A stretch of DNA of 64,000 bases, from NCBI GenBank assembly GCA_963815615.1, contig CAWFHF010000007.1:307139-371138 (forward strand), read 5' to 3'. Shown here piece after piece: positions 49,914 through 60,771 of this stretch (within the stretch, counting starts at the first letter, position 1; each line of letters begins with the position of its first letter). Both the position numbers and the translations under genes were made by a program. This DNA comes from an uncultured Actinomycetota bacterium (lineage in GTDB: Bacteria > Actinomycetota > Actinomycetes > Mycobacteriales > SCTD01). The notes under the pieces were generated by a model. That model was not told the origin of the DNA, ran no database searches, and worked only from the letters and a program-made list of their open reading frames with translations.

Positions 49914-50788
49914 GTGCGCCGCCCGCTCCCCCTCCTGCTCGGCGTCGTGGTCGCCGCGGCCGTGGCCGGGTGCGCGGGCGCGGCCGCCCCGGTCACCCTC
50001 CCGACGACGCCGGCCCCGGTCGCGAGCGCCGCTGCGCCGTCCCCGTCCTCGGCCCCGTCCCGTCGCCGTCCCCCTCTCCCTCGCCGGGGTGGGTCGTCGG
50101 GGCGTCGCCGCTGCCGGTCGGGCCGGACGGCTTCGGGGTCGCCTCCGGCACGCCGGCCGTGCTGCGGGACCGCCGGCTGCAGCAGCCCGACCGGCTGTCG
50201 CCCCCGCCGGACGGCCGCTGGGCGTCGTCGGTCACGCCGGTCACGCCGGCGGTGCGGGACCGGATGGGCAGCACCTGGTCGCCCGCCTGCCCGGTCGCGC
50301 TCGCCGACCTGCGGCTGCTCACCGTCGTCTTCCGCGGCTTCGACGGCGCCGCCGCACACGGGCGAGCTCGTGGTCGCGGCGTCGGGAGGCGGACGACGTG
50401 GTCGGGGTCTTCCGGCGGCTGTTCGCCGCGGGCTTCCCGATCGAGGAGCTGCGCCTGCCCGGCACCGCCGACCTGGAGGCACCGCCCACCGGCGACGGCA
50501 ACGACACGGCCGGCTACGTCTGCCGGGCGGCGCGCGGGCAGACCCGCTTCTCCTCGCACGCCTACGGCACGGCGATCGACCTGAACCCGTTCCAGAACCC
50601 GCAGGTGCGCCGGGGCCTGGTGCTGCCCGGAGCTCGCCGGCGCCTACGCCGACCGGGCGGACCTGCGCGCCGGCATGACCCGCCCGGGCGGCCCGGCCGT
50701 CGAGGCGTTCGCGGCGATCGGCTGGACCTGGGGCGGCACGTGGACCAGCAGCAAGGACTGGATGCACTTCAGCGCCGACGGGCGCTGA
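49914..50788 (+). CDS. M15-family Zn peptidase lipoprotein (frameshifted)
   Basis: Lipobox VAGC; SSHAYGTAIDLNP, WGGTW, DWMHF. Confidence 0.82.
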
Positions 50789-50841
50789 GGTCAGCAGCGC
50801 CGACGGGCGCTGAGTGACCCAGCAGCGCCGACGGGCGCTGA
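50770..50841. repeat. Three tandem copies of the 19-nt palindrome CAGCGCCGACGGGCGCTGA
   Basis: Copies at 50770-50788, 50795-50813, 50823-50841; spacers of 6 and 9 nt. Confidence 0.9.
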
Positions 50842-50849
50842 CCTCCTCC

Positions 50850-53800
50850 CTACCGGTCCTCGAGGTCGCCCTCGAGCTGCAGGTAGGTGTCGGTCAGCCC
50901 CTGGATCGCCTCCTGCGACGGGTTCTCCCACAGCCCGCGCTCGGCCGCCTCGAGCAGCCGCTCGGCCATGCCCCGCAGCGCCCACGGGTTGCTCTTCTGC
51001 AGGAACTCGCGGTTGGTCTGGTCGAAGACGTAGGCGCTGGTGAGCTTCTCGTACATCCAGTCCTCGACGACGCCGGCCGTGGCGTCGTAGCCGAACAGGT
51101 AGTCGACGGTCGCGGCCATCTCGAAGGCGCCCTTGTAGCCGTGGCGGCGCATGGCGGCCATCCACTTGGGGTTGACGACGCGGGCGCGGAACACCCGGTG
51201 CGTCTCCTCCTGCAGGGTCCGCGTCTTCACGGTGTCCGGCGTCGCGCTGTCGCCGACGTAGGCGTCGGGCGAGGTGCCGGTCAGGTGGCGGACCGCCGCG
51301 ACCATCCCGCCGTGGTACTGGAAGTAGTCGTCGGAGTCCATGATGTCGTGCTCGCGGGTGTCCTGGTTCTTCGCCGCGACCTGCACGCGCGTGTAGACCC
51401 GCTCCATGTCGCCGCGGGCGCTGACCCCGTCGAGGCCCTTGCCGTAGGCGTAGCCGCCCCAGACGGCCCACACCTCGGCGAGGTCGGCGTCGGTCTTCCA
51501 GTCGCGGCTGTCGATGAGCGGCAGCAGGCCCGCCCCGTACGCACCCGGCTTGGAGCCGAAGATGCGGCTGGTGGCCTGCCGGCGGGTGGCCCCCGCCGCG
51601 ACGTCGGCCTCGACGTGGGCGCGCAGCGGGTTGTCCGCCTCCTGCGCCGACGCCGCCAGCTGCACGGCGTCGTCGAGCAGGGTGACGACGTGGGGGAAGG
51701 CGTCGCGGAAGAACCCGGAGATGCGCAGGGTGACGTCGACGCGCGGGCGCCCGAGCTCCTCGCGGTCGACCAGCTCCAGGCCGGTGACCCGGCGCGACGC
51801 CTGGTCCCAGACGGGGCGGACGCCGAGCAGCCAGAGCGCCTCGGCGATGTCGTCGCCGGCGGTGCGCATGGCGCTGGTCCCCCACACGACGAGCCCGACC
51901 GACACCGGGTGCTCGCCGTGGTCGGCGACGTAGCGGGCGACGAGCGAGTCCGCGAGCGCCTGCCCGACGGTCCACGCGTTGCGCGACGGGATGGCCTTGG
52001 GGTCGACGGAGTAGAAGTTGCGCCCCGTCGGCAGGACGCCCACGAGCCCGCGGGTCGGCGACCCGGACGGGCCCGGCGGCACGAACCCGCCGGCCAGCCC
52101 GTGCAGCAGGTGGTCGAGCTCGTCGGTGGTGCGGGCCAGCCGCGGCACGACCTCGGTGCAGGCGAAGCGCAGGACGTCGCGCACCTGCGACGACGGGTGC
52201 TGCACGGACGCGGGGTCCCAGCCGGCGTCGGCCAGCGACTGGACGAGCGCCCGGGCCTCGGCCTCCACGCGGTCCACGTCCTCGGTGGGAGCGCCCTCGA
52301 CCAGCCCCAGGGCACGGCGCAGCCCGGGCAGGGCGTCGGCCGACCCGCCCCACGTCTGCTGGGCCCGCAGCACGCCGAGCACGAGGTCGACCAGCGGCTC
52401 GCCCTCGGGCGCCTGGCCGAGCACGTGCAGGCCGTCGCGGATCAGGACGTCCTTGACCTCGCACAGGTAGCCGTCGACGTGCAGCAGGAAGTCGTCGAAC
52501 TCCTCCTCGCCCGGCTGCTCCTGCACGTGCAGGTCGTGGTGCAGCTGCGCGGCGGTGATGAGCTCCCAGACCTGCGCGCGGATGGTCGGCAGCTTGGCCG
52601 GGTCCATCGCCTGCACCTGCGCGTACTCGTCGAGCAGGTGCTCGAGCTGCGCCATCTCGTCGTAGGACTCGGCGCGCGCCATCGGCGGCACGAGGTGGTC
52701 GACGACGGTCGCGTGCGCGCGCCGCTTGGCCTGCGTGCCCTCGCCCGGGTCGTTGACGATGAACGGGTAGAACAGCGGCAGGTCGCCGAGGACCGCGTCC
52801 GGGGCGCAGCCCGCCGACAGGCCCAGGCCCTTGCCGGGCAGCCACTCCAGGGTCCCGTGCTTGCCGACGTGCACGACCGCGTGCGCGCCGAACTCCTGCT
52901 CGAGCCACCGGTAGGCCGCGAGGTAGTGGTGGCTCGGCGGCAGGTCGGGGTCGTGGTAGATCGCGATCGGGTTCTCGCCGAAGCCGCGCGGCGGCTGGAT
53001 CATCAGCACGACGTTGCCGAACTGCAGCGCCGCCAGGGCGATGGCGTCGCCGTCGACGTAGAGGTTCCCGGGCGGGGGCCCCCAGTGCTCGAGCATCCCG
53101 TCCTGCAGCTCCTGCGGGACGGCGGAGAACCACTGCGCGTAGGTCGCGAGCGGCACCCGGGCGACCGCCCTGCCCAGCTGCTCCTCGGTCAGCCACTCGA
53201 CGTCGTGGCCGCCGGCGGCGATGAGGGTGTGGACGAGCTCGTCGCCGTCCTCGGGGAACTCCCCGACCGTGTAGCCGGCCGCGCGCATGGCCTGCAGCAG
53301 CCTCACCGCCGACGCCGGGGTGTCCAGGCCGACGGCGTTGCCCACGCGGCTGTGCTTGGTCGGGTAGCTCGACAGGACGAGCGCGACCTTCTTCTCGGAG
53401 TTCGGCGTGCGGCGCAGGCGGGCGTGCGACACCGCGACGCCGGCGACGCGCGCAGCCCGCTCGGCGTCGGCGACGTAGGTGGGGACGCCGTCGGGGCCCT
53501 CCTCCTTGAACGAGAACGGCGGGCCGATGAGCCGGCCGTCGAACTCGGGGATGGCCACCTGCATGGCGGCGTCGATCGGGGCGAGCCCGGCGTCGGACGC
53601 CTCCCAGGCGGCCCGGCTGCTGGTGACGCACAGGCCCTGCAGGACGGGGACGTCGAGGGCGGCCAGCGCGCGGGCGTCCCACCCCTCGGTGTCGGCGGCG
53701 TTGCTGCCGCCACCGGCCAGGACGGTGACGACGAGGCTGTCCACGCGGCCGGCCAGCAGCTCCTCGACGGCGGACACGCGGCCGTCGGCGTCGGGGCGCA

Positions 53801-54377
53801 GCGAGGCGACGTAGACCGGCAGGGCGTTGGCACCGGCGGCCTCGACGGCGTCGCAGAGCACGTCGACGAAGGCGGTGTTCCCCGACAGCGCGTGCGCCCG
53901 GTAGAAGACGACCCCGACGGTGGGGCGGGAGGGGTCGGCGGCACGGTCGCCGTGGACGCCGTGGGAGGGCAGCGGGGACGGGGGCGCGAAGCCGTGGCCG
54001 GTCAGCAGCACGGTGTCGGACAGGAACGCGACGAGCTCGCGCAGGTTGTCGGTGCCGCCCTCGCGCAGGTAGGAGGCGGCGTCGGCGACGACCCCCGGCG
54101 CGACCGTCGACAGCGTGGTCAGCTCGGCGTCGACGCTGCCCTCCCCGCCGAGGGCGACGAGCGGGACCCGGGACGCGGCGCAGGCGGCGACGAGGTCGTC
54201 GAGGCCGTCCCAGGCGCGCCGGCCGCCCAGCAGCCGGACGACGACGAGCGTGACGCCGGACAGGTCGACGGGGCCGGTCAGCCGGGCCGGGTTGCCCAGC
54301 CGCAGGGGCAGGACGGGCTCGGCGACCGCACGGGCGGCGAGCAGGTCGGTGTCGGCGGTGGAGAGCAGCAGCAGCAC
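50850..54377 (-). CDS. cobN: Cobaltochelatase large subunit
   Basis: QVAIPEFDG, VGLDTP, QPPRG, GKHGTLEWLPGK, LPTGRNFY, RISGFFRD, DYFQYHGG; intact 1175 aa. Confidence 0.96.
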   Translation of the reverse strand: MLLLLSTADTDLLAARAVAEPVLPLRLGNPARLTGPVDLSGVTLVVVRLLGGRRAWDGLDDLVAACAASRVPLVALGGEGSVDAELTTLSTVAPGVVADAASYLREGGTDNLRELVAFLSDTVLLTGHGFAPPSPLPSHGVHGDRAADPSRPTVGVVFYRAHALSGNTAFVDVLCDAVEAAGANALPVYVASLRPDADGRVSAVEELLAGRVDSLVVTVLAGGGSNAADTEGWDARALAALDVPVLQGLCVTSSRAAWEASDAGLAPIDAAMQVAIPEFDGRLIGPPFSFKEEGPDGVPTYVADAERAARVAGVAVSHARLRRTPNSEKKVALVLSSYPTKHSRVGNAVGLDTPASAVRLLQAMRAAGYTVGEFPEDGDELVHTLIAAGGHDVEWLTEEQLGRAVARVPLATYAQWFSAVPQELQDGMLEHWGPPPGNLYVDGDAIALAALQFGNVVLMIQPPRGFGENPIAIYHDPDLPPSHHYLAAYRWLEQEFGAHAVVHVGKHGTLEWLPGKGLGLSAGCAPDAVLGDLPLFYPFIVNDPGEGTQAKRRAHATVVDHLVPPMARAESYDEMAQLEHLLDEYAQVQAMDPAKLPTIRAQVWELITAAQLHHDLHVQEQPGEEEFDDFLLHVDGYLCEVKDVLIRDGLHVLGQAPEGEPLVDLVLGVLRAQQTWGGSADALPGLRRALGLVEGAPTEDVDRVEAEARALVQSLADAGWDPASVQHPSSQVRDVLRFACTEVVPRLARTTDELDHLLHGLAGGFVPPGPSGSPTRGLVGVLPTGRNFYSVDPKAIPSRNAWTVGQALADSLVARYVADHGEHPVSVGLVVWGTSAMRTAGDDIAEALWLLGVRPVWDQASRRVTGLELVDREELGRPRVDVTLRISGFFRDAFPHVVTLLDDAVQLAASAQEADNPLRAHVEADVAAGATRRQATSRIFGSKPGAYGAGLLPLIDSRDWKTDADLAEVWAVWGGYAYGKGLDGVSARGDMERVYTRVQVAAKNQDTREHDIMDSDDYFQYHGGMVAAVRHLTGTSPDAYVGDSATPDTVKTRTLQEETHRVFRARVVNPKWMAAMRRHGYKGAFEMAATVDYLFGYDATAGVVEDWMYEKLTSAYVFDQTNREFLQKSNPWALRGMAERLLEAAERGLWENPSQEAIQGLTDTYLQLEGDLEDR

Positions 54378-54418
54378 CCCTCCAGTGTCGGTGACGGAGG
54401 AGTGGGCACCGCGGAACC

Positions 54419-55597
54419 ATGAGAGCTCTCACCTGGCAGGGGAAGAAGAAGGTCAGCGTCGAGGACGTCCCGGACCCGACGATCCAGGAGCCGACCGACG
54501 CGATCGTGCGCATCACGACGACGAACATCTGCGGGTCGGACCTGCACCTGTACGAGCCGCTGAGCCCGTTCATGCACGCCGGAGACGTGCTCGGGCACGA
54601 GCCGATGGGCGTCGTCGTCGAGACCGGCAGCGAGGTCGGGGACCTCAAGGTCGGGGACCGGGTCGTCGTCCCGTTCCAGATCGCCTGCGGGCACTGCTGG
54701 ATGTGCACCCGGGGCCTGCCGACCCAGTGCGAGACCACCCAGGTCCGCGACCAGGGCAGCGGCGCGGCGATCTTCGGCTACAGCGAGCTGTACGGGCAGG
54801 TCCCCGGCGGGCAGGCCGAGTACCTGCGCGTGCCGCAGGCGCAGTTCACGCACATCCGCGTGCCGGACGGGCCGCCGGACGAGCGCTTCGTCTACCTCTC
54901 CGACGTCCTGCCGACGGCCTGGCAGGCGGTGGAGTACGCGCACGTCCCCGACGGCGGGACCGTGGTCGTGCTGGGCCTCGGGCCGATCGGCGACATGGCC
55001 GCGCGCATCGCCGCGCACAAGGGCTACCGGGTCATCGGCGTCGACCTGGTGGCCGAGCGGCTGCAGAGGCAGCGCATCCGCGGCAACGAGGTGCTCGACC
55101 TGTCGGAGCACGGCGACCTCGGCGAGGTCGTCCGCGACATGACCGACGGCCGCGGCCCGGACTCCGTCATCGACGCCGTCGGCCTGGAGGCGCACAGCTC
55201 GGGGCTCACCAAGGCGGCGCAGAAGGCCGCCGGGCTGCTGCCCGACGTGCTGGCGAAGCCGTTCTTCGAGCACGGCGGCGTCGACCGGCTCGGGGCGCTC
55301 TACACCGCCATCGACATGGTCCGCCGCGGCGGCACCATCAGCCTGTCCGGCGTCTACGGCGGCATGGCCGACCCGCTGCCGATGCTCACCCTGTTCGACA
55401 AGCAGATCCGGCTGACCATGGGGCAGGGCAACGTCAAGCGCTGGGCGCCGGAGATCCTGCCGCTGCTGACCGACGACGACCCGCTGGGCGTGGACACCTT
55501 CGCGAGCCACACCGTCTCGCTGGAGGAGGCGCCGGAGTACTACGAGAAGTTCCAGAAGAAGCAGGACGGCGTCGTGAAGGTCGTGCTGAAGCCCTAG
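54419..55597 (+). CDS. Zn-dependent medium-chain dehydrogenase (glutathione-independent formaldehyde dehydrogenase-like)
   Basis: ICGSDLH, GHE, CGHCWMC...C, LSDVLPT, GLGPIG. Confidence 0.9.
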   Translation: MRALTWQGKKKVSVEDVPDPTIQEPTDAIVRITTTNICGSDLHLYEPLSPFMHAGDVLGHEPMGVVVETGSEVGDLKVGDRVVVPFQIACGHCWMCTRGLPTQCETTQVRDQGSGAAIFGYSELYGQVPGGQAEYLRVPQAQFTHIRVPDGPPDERFVYLSDVLPTAWQAVEYAHVPDGGTVVVLGLGPIGDMAARIAAHKGYRVIGVDLVAERLQRQRIRGNEVLDLSEHGDLGEVVRDMTDGRGPDSVIDAVGLEAHSSGLTKAAQKAAGLLPDVLAKPFFEHGGVDRLGALYTAIDMVRRGGTISLSGVYGGMADPLPMLTLFDKQIRLTMGQGNVKRWAPEILPLLTDDDPLGVDTFASHTVSLEEAPEYYEKFQKKQDGVVKVVLKP

Positions 55598-56215
55598 CCC
55601 TGGCCCCGGTCGGGGTCGGCGGCCGGCGTCGGCGGGCGGGCCCTCGACGAGCACCCGCAGGAGGGGCTCCACCACGCGGTGGAGCTCCTCCGGGGTCGCG
55701 CTGCACACCGGCGGCAGCTCGATGAGGTAGCGGGCCATGCTCAGGCCCATCATCACGGCGGCGAAGACGCCGGCGCGCAGCGCGGCGTCCGGTCCCTCCA
55801 GGGCGGCCTCGACGGCGGCCTTGCGGTCGCACATGACGTCGTCGCGCACGACCTTGGCCGCGACCGGGTGCGTCAGGCAGCTGCGCATCAGGGCGATGGC
55901 GGCCTCCCCGCCCTCGGGGTCCGAGAAGCGGCTGACCATGTCCTCCAGCGCGGCCCGGGGCAGGTCCGCGGGGGCCGCGCCGAGCATCGACTCGTGCTGC
56001 TCGCCCCAGGCGGCCGCGGCCGCGAACAGGGCCTCCTTGCTGCCGTAGTGCTGCATGACCAGCGCCGGGTCGACGCCGGCGTCGCCCGCGACGCCGCGGA
56101 TGGTCGTGCGCTCGTAGCCCGCCGACGCGAAGGCGTGCCGGGCGGCCGCCAGGATCGCCGCCTCGCTGCGCCGACGGCGGTCCTCGCGGCTGAGGTGCTC
56201 GTCGGTGGCTGTCAC
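55594..56215 (-). CDS. TetR-family regulator (3' end inferred across a probable frameshift near 55625)
   Basis: AILAAARHAF...TTIRGVAGDAGVDPALVMQHYGSKEALF. Confidence 0.85.
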
Positions 56216-56224
56216 GCAGTTCAC

Positions 56225-56270
56225 TCTACAGCGGTTGACCCTTGCGCCCGCAAACCTCTACGCTCGTTGA
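56225..56270. promoter_or_regulatory. Two TCTAC-N4-GTTGA operator boxes
   Basis: 56225-56238 and 56257-56270 in the tetR/MFS divergent gap. Confidence 0.6.
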
Positions 56271-56297
56271 GCATCGTTTCCAGCAGGGGGAGAACCT

Positions 56298-57785
56298 GTG
56301 TCCGAGCCCGTCGTCCACCGCACCCGGTCGGGCGGTGAGGTCCGCAAGGGCCTCGCGCTCGTCGTCATCGCCCTGTCCCAGCTCATGGTCGTCCTGGACG
56401 CCACCATCGTGAACGTCGCCCTCAAGGACATCCGCGACGACCTGGGCTTCACCTCCGACTCCGACCTGTCGTGGGTCGTCACCGGCTACACGCTGACCTT
56501 CGGCGGCTTCCTGCTGCTCGGCGGCAAGCTCGCCGACCGGATCGGCCGCCGCACGGTCTTCATCGCGGGCGCCGTCCTGTTCGCCGTCGCCTCCCTCGCG
56601 GGCGGCCTCGCGCAGTCGCAGGAGCTGCTCATCGTGGCCCGCCTGGTGCAGGGCCTGGGTGGCGCGCTGATGTCGCCGTCCGCCCTGTCGCTGCTGACGG
56701 TCGTGTTCGAGGAGGGCCCCGAGCGCAACAAGGCGCTCGGCATCTTCTCGGCCATCACCGCCGGTGGCGCCGCGCTCGGCCTGATCCTCGGCGGGGTGCT
56801 CACCGAGTACCTCAACTGGCGCTGGGTGCTGTTCGTGAACGTCCCGGTCGCGGTCCTCGCCGTCGTCGGCGCGCTGCGCTTCGTGCCCGAGAGCCGCGAC
56901 GAGGACGCCCGCGGCTTCGACGTCCCCGGTGCCGTGCTGGTCACCGGCGGACTGACCTCACTGGTGTTCGGCCTGGTCAAGCTCAACGACGACACCCTGT
57001 CCGGCACCACCAAGGCCGGCACGTTCGTGCTCGCCGCGGTGCTGCTGGGCGCCTTCGTCGCCGTCCAGCTGCGCAGCCGCACGCCGCTGCTGCCCTTCCG
57101 GCTGTTCCGCTCCCGCTCCCTGCTGGGCGCGGACCTGTCGGCCCTGCTCGTCGGTGCCGGCGTCTTCGCGATGTTCTTCTTCGTCACGCTGTGGATGCAG
57201 GTCATCAACGGCTACAGCCCGGTCAAGGCCGGCCTGTCGTTCCTGCCGATGACGCTGCTCATCGGCGCCGGCGCGGCGATCGCCTCCAACCTGCTGGCCA
57301 AGACCGGCCCGCGCCCGCTGCTGTCCACCGGCACCGCGCTCGCCGCCGCCGGGCTGCTGCTGCTGGGCCTGCGGCTGGAGCCCGACAGCAGCTACGTCGG
57401 CGTCGTGCTCCCGTCGCTCGTGCTCGTCGCGATCGGCATGGGCCTGTCGTTCGTCTCGCTGACCAGCGCGGCGGTCGCCGGGGTCGGCAAGTCGGACGCC
57501 GGCATCGCCAGCGCGCTGCTCAACGCCGGGCAGCAGGTCGGCGGCGCCATCGGCCTGGCCATCCTCACGGCGGTCAGCACCGCGCGCACCGAGTCGCTGT
57601 TCCCGGGCACCCCGCAGGGCCCGCAGGACGTGCCGCGCTTCTACGACGCCCTGGTCTCGGGCTGGTCGGCCGGCTTCGTCGTCGCGGCGTGCTTCCTGGT
57701 CGCCGCCTCGCTGCTGAGCCTGGCGCTCATCAAGGTCAGCAAGGAGGACGCCGTCGCGGCCCTCAAGGAGGCCGTCCCGGCGTAG
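56298..57785 (+). CDS. MFS DHA2-family (14-TM) efflux transporter
   Basis: [31 protein letters not shown]. Confidence 0.92.
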   Translation: MSEPVVHRTRSGGEVRKGLALVVIALSQLMVVLDATIVNVALKDIRDDLGFTSDSDLSWVVTGYTLTFGGFLLLGGKLADRIGRRTVFIAGAVLFAVASLAGGLAQSQELLIVARLVQGLGGALMSPSALSLLTVVFEEGPERNKALGIFSAITAGGAALGLILGGVLTEYLNWRWVLFVNVPVAVLAVVGALRFVPESRDEDARGFDVPGAVLVTGGLTSLVFGLVKLNDDTLSGTTKAGTFVLAAVLLGAFVAVQLRSRTPLLPFRLFRSRSLLGADLSALLVGAGVFAMFFFVTLWMQVINGYSPVKAGLSFLPMTLLIGAGAAIASNLLAKTGPRPLLSTGTALAAAGLLLLGLRLEPDSSYVGVVLPSLVLVAIGMGLSFVSLTSAAVAGVGKSDAGIASALLNAGQQVGGAIGLAILTAVSTARTESLFPGTPQGPQDVPRFYDALVSGWSAGFVVAACFLVAASLLSLALIKVSKEDAVAALKEAVPA

Positions 57786-57794
57786 CCCCGCCCT

Positions 57795-57833
57795 GCCGCA
57801 GCCCCGTCCCTGTCTCAGGGGCGGGGCTGCGGC
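57795..57833. terminator. Long hairpin between the convergent MFS and cobQ genes
   Basis: GCCGCAGCCCCGTCCCTG-TCT-CAGGGGCGGGGCTGCGGC, 18-bp stem with one G-T pair. Confidence 0.6.
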
Positions 57834-59324
57834 GCGCCCGGGGGCACGAACGGCAGCCCGGTGGGCGCGCCCTGCTCGATCAGCCGGACGACGGCGTCGG
57901 TGTCGAGGTGGTCGGCCACCAGGTCGCCGAGCGCGTCGAGGCGGGCCTGCCGGACCTCCTCGAAGCCGCGGGTGCCGGGCGTCCAGTCGCGGCCGCAGGC
58001 GGCGGCGACCTCGGCGAGCAGCGCCCGGCGCACCCCGTCGCTCTCCAGCGCGCCGTGCCACACGGTCCCCAGCACGCTGCCCGACCGGCAGCCCTCGTCC
58101 GGGGCGAACAGCGGCTCGCCGCCCTCGCGGGCGATCACCCCGTGGTGGATCTCGTAGGCCGTGCCGACCGGGTGCTCCCCGTAGCTCCCGACCGGCCGCC
58201 CGAGCACCTTCTCGGGGCCGAACACGGTGCGCACCGGCAGCAGGCCCAGCCCGTCGACGGCGCCCGCCCGCGACTCGACGTCGTCCTGGATGCTCCGCCC
58301 CAGCATCTGGTAGCCGCCGCACACCCCGAGCACGGGGCGGCCCTCGGCGGCCCGGGCGGCCAGCACGTCGGCCAGGCCCGCGGCGGCGCAGCCAGGCCAG
58401 GTCCTGCACGGTCGCCCGGGTGCCGGGGAGCACGACGAGGTCGGCGTCGGCGAGCTCCTCCGGGGTCGTGGCGAAGCGGACGAGGACGCCGGGCTCGGTG
58501 CGCAGCGCGTCGACGTCGGTCCAGTTGCTCAGCCGGGGCAGCCGCACCACGGACACGCGCAGCACGTCGCGCCCGACGGCGGGGACGGGGGCGACCGGCG
58601 CCGACAGCCCGAGCGAGTCCTCGACGTCGAGCTCCAGGCCCTCGGTCCACGGCAGCACCCCGAGGGTGGGGCGGCCGGTGAGCTCGCGCAGCATGTCCAG
58701 CCCGGGCTCGAGCAGCGCGACATCGCCGCGGAACTTGTTGACGACGAACCCCGCGACGAGCGCCTGGTCCTCGCGCGACAGCAGGGCGACGGTGCCGAAC
58801 AGCGCCGCGAACACCCCTCCCGGGTTGATGTCGCCGACGACCAGCACCGGCAGCTGCGCGGCCCGCGCGAGCCCCATGTTGGCGATGTCGGTGGCCCGCA
58901 GGTTGATCTCCGCGGGGCTGCCGGCGCCCTCGCACACCACGACGTCGTAGCGGCGGCGCAGGTCGGCCAGGCAGTCCAGCGCGACCTCGAGCAGGGCGGC
59001 CTTGTGCTCGCGGTAGGAGACGGCGGAGACGTCGGCGTAGGGCTTGCCCAGCAGCACGACCTGCGAGGTGCGGTCGCTGCCCGGCTTGAGCAGCACCGGG
59101 TTCATCGCGGCCTCGGGGGCGACGCCCGCCGCCGCGGCCTGCACCGCCTGCGCCCGGCCGATCTCGGCGCCGTCGGCGGTGACCGCGCTGTTCAGGCTCA
59201 TGTTCTGCGCCTTGAACGGGGCGACGGACACGCCCTGCCGGGCCAGCCACCGGCACAGCCCCGCGGTGAGCACGCTCTTGCCGGCGTCGCTGGTGGTGCC
59301 CGCGACGAGCAGCGCCCCCCTCAC
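57815..59324 (-). CDS. cobQ: Cobyric acid synthase (frameshift near 58380)
   Basis: [52 protein letters not shown]. Confidence 0.93.
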
Positions 59325-60274
59325 CGGCGGGCCGCGCGGACGGCCACGGCGAGCACCCCGGCGGCGAGCTGCACGGCCAGCGACAGCCGGGCGGCGCGGG
59401 CGACGTCGTCGACGGTGGGGGCGGGCCCGTCGCCCAGCAGGGGGCGCTCCTCGACCCGGCCGGCGTAGGCGACCGTGCCGCCCAGGGTGCGGCCGAGCGC
59501 GCCGGCGAAGGCGGCCTCGACGGGGCCGGCGTTGGGCGAGGGGTGCTTGCCGCCGTCGCGGCGCCACGCGCGCAGCGCCGTCCGCGGCCGCCCCCCGACG
59601 ACGGGGGCGAGCAGCACCGTGAGCCCCGCGGTCAGCCGCGCGGGCAGCAGGTTGGCGACGTCGTCGGCGCGGGCGGCGGCCCAGCCGAACCGCAGGTGGC
59701 GCGGCGAGCGGTGCCCGACCATGGCGTCCAGGGTGTTGACGGCGCGGTAGCCCAGCAGGCCCGGCACCCCGAGGACGGCGCCCCAGAACAGCGGGGCGAC
59801 GACGGCGTCGGAGGTGTTCTCGGCGACCGACTCGACGGTCGCGCGGGCCAGCCCGTCGAGGTCGAGCTGCTCGGGGTCGCGCCCGCACAGGTGGCTGATC
59901 CGGCGGCGCCCGCCCGGCAGGTCGCCGGCGCGCAGCAGGGCGTCGAGGGCGGCGGCCTCGCGGCGCAGCGTCGTCCCGCCGACGACGGACCAGGTCGCGA
60001 GCGCCGTCAGGACGAGCGCCGCCGGCGGGGGCGTGCGCCGGACGGGGGCGCCGAGCAGGCCCGCGCCGGCCACCAGCAGCGCGGCGTAGCCGGCACCGAC
60101 GAGGCGGGAGTCACGGTGCGCGGCCTGCTCGAGCCCGCCGGCGAGCGACCCGAAGGCCGCGACCGGGTGGCCCCGGCGGGGGTCGCCGACGACGGCGTCG
60201 GCGAGCAGGCCAGCGGCCAGGCCCAGGGCCGTGACGGGCAGGCTCCGGGCGGGAACGGGCAGGGCGGCAGGCAC
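59321..60274 (-). CDS. cobD: Adenosylcobinamide-phosphate synthase CobD/CbiB
   Basis: [33 protein letters not shown]. Confidence 0.93.
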   Translation of the reverse strand: MPAALPVPARSLPVTALGLAAGLLADAVVGDPRRGHPVAAFGSLAGGLEQAAHRDSRLVGAGYAALLVAGAGLLGAPVRRTPPPAALVLTALATWSVVGGTTLRREAAALDALLRAGDLPGGRRRISHLCGRDPEQLDLDGLARATVESVAENTSDAVVAPLFWGAVLGVPGLLGYRAVNTLDAMVGHRSPRHLRFGWAAARADDVANLLPARLTAGLTVLLAPVVGGRPRTALRAWRRDGGKHPSPNAGPVEAAFAGALGRTLGGTVAYAGRVEERPLLGDGPAPTVDDVARAARLSLAVQLAAGVLAVAVRAARR

Positions 60275-60358
60275 CGGGCGAGCCTACGGAGCGGCCGGGG
60301 TGAGCCGCACCCGCGCCGGGCAGGAGCGCAGCACGACGCCCCGACCCCAGGAGGTCCT

Positions 60359-60508
60359 GTGAGCACTCCCGCGAACCCCGACAACGACACCGCCGACGAC
60401 GCCACGCACGGCGGCGAGAGCGAACAGGCCGCCAGCGGCCGCACCCCGGACATCACGGACAACGACAACGACGTGCCGGACGGCGGGGACGCCGACGCCG
60501 GCGTCTGA
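60359..60508 (+). CDS. Small highly acidic peptide, 49 aa
   Basis: AGGAGG RBS, GTG start, terminator immediately after the stop. Confidence 0.65.
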   Translation: MSTPANPDNDTADDATHGGESEQAASGRTPDITDNDNDVPDGGDADAGV

Positions 60509-60518
60509 CCCGGACACG

Positions 60519-60553
60519 CCGAAGGCCCCGGCGACGAGCGCCGGGGCCTTCGG
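60519..60553. terminator. Bidirectional terminator-like hairpin
   Basis: Perfect 15-bp stem CCGAAGGCCCCGGCG / CGCCGGGGCCTTCGG between convergent genes. Confidence 0.8.
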
Positions 60554-60567
60554 GACGTGCTGGACGA

Positions 60568-60771
60568 CTAGACCGGGCGGACGTTCTCCGCCTGCGGGCC
60601 CTTCTGGCCCTGGGTGATGTCGAACTCGACCCGCTGGTTCTCGTCGAGCGACTTGTAGCCGTCGGTCGCGATCGCCGAGTAGTGGCAGAAGACGTCGGCG
60701 CCGCCGCCGTCCTGGGCGATGAAGCCGAAGCCCTTCTCGGCGTTGAACCACTTGACGGTGCCCTGAGCCAT
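60568..60771 (-). CDS. cspA: Cold-shock protein
   Basis: [37 protein letters not shown] -10 at 60898-60903 implies a leader of about 120 nt. Confidence 0.96.
   Translation of the reverse strand: MAQGTVKWFNAEKGFGFIAQDGGGADVFCHYSAIATDGYKSLDENQRVEFDITQGQKGPQAENVRPV

Noticed and set aside
50770..50841. Mini CRISPR array
   Set aside because: Repeats of 19 nt and spacers of 6-9 nt are too short, and there are no cas genes.
54278..56224. 648-aa TetR fusion
   Set aside because: The extension is antisense to the Zn dehydrogenase; one indel near 55625 gives a normal TetR ending at 55594.
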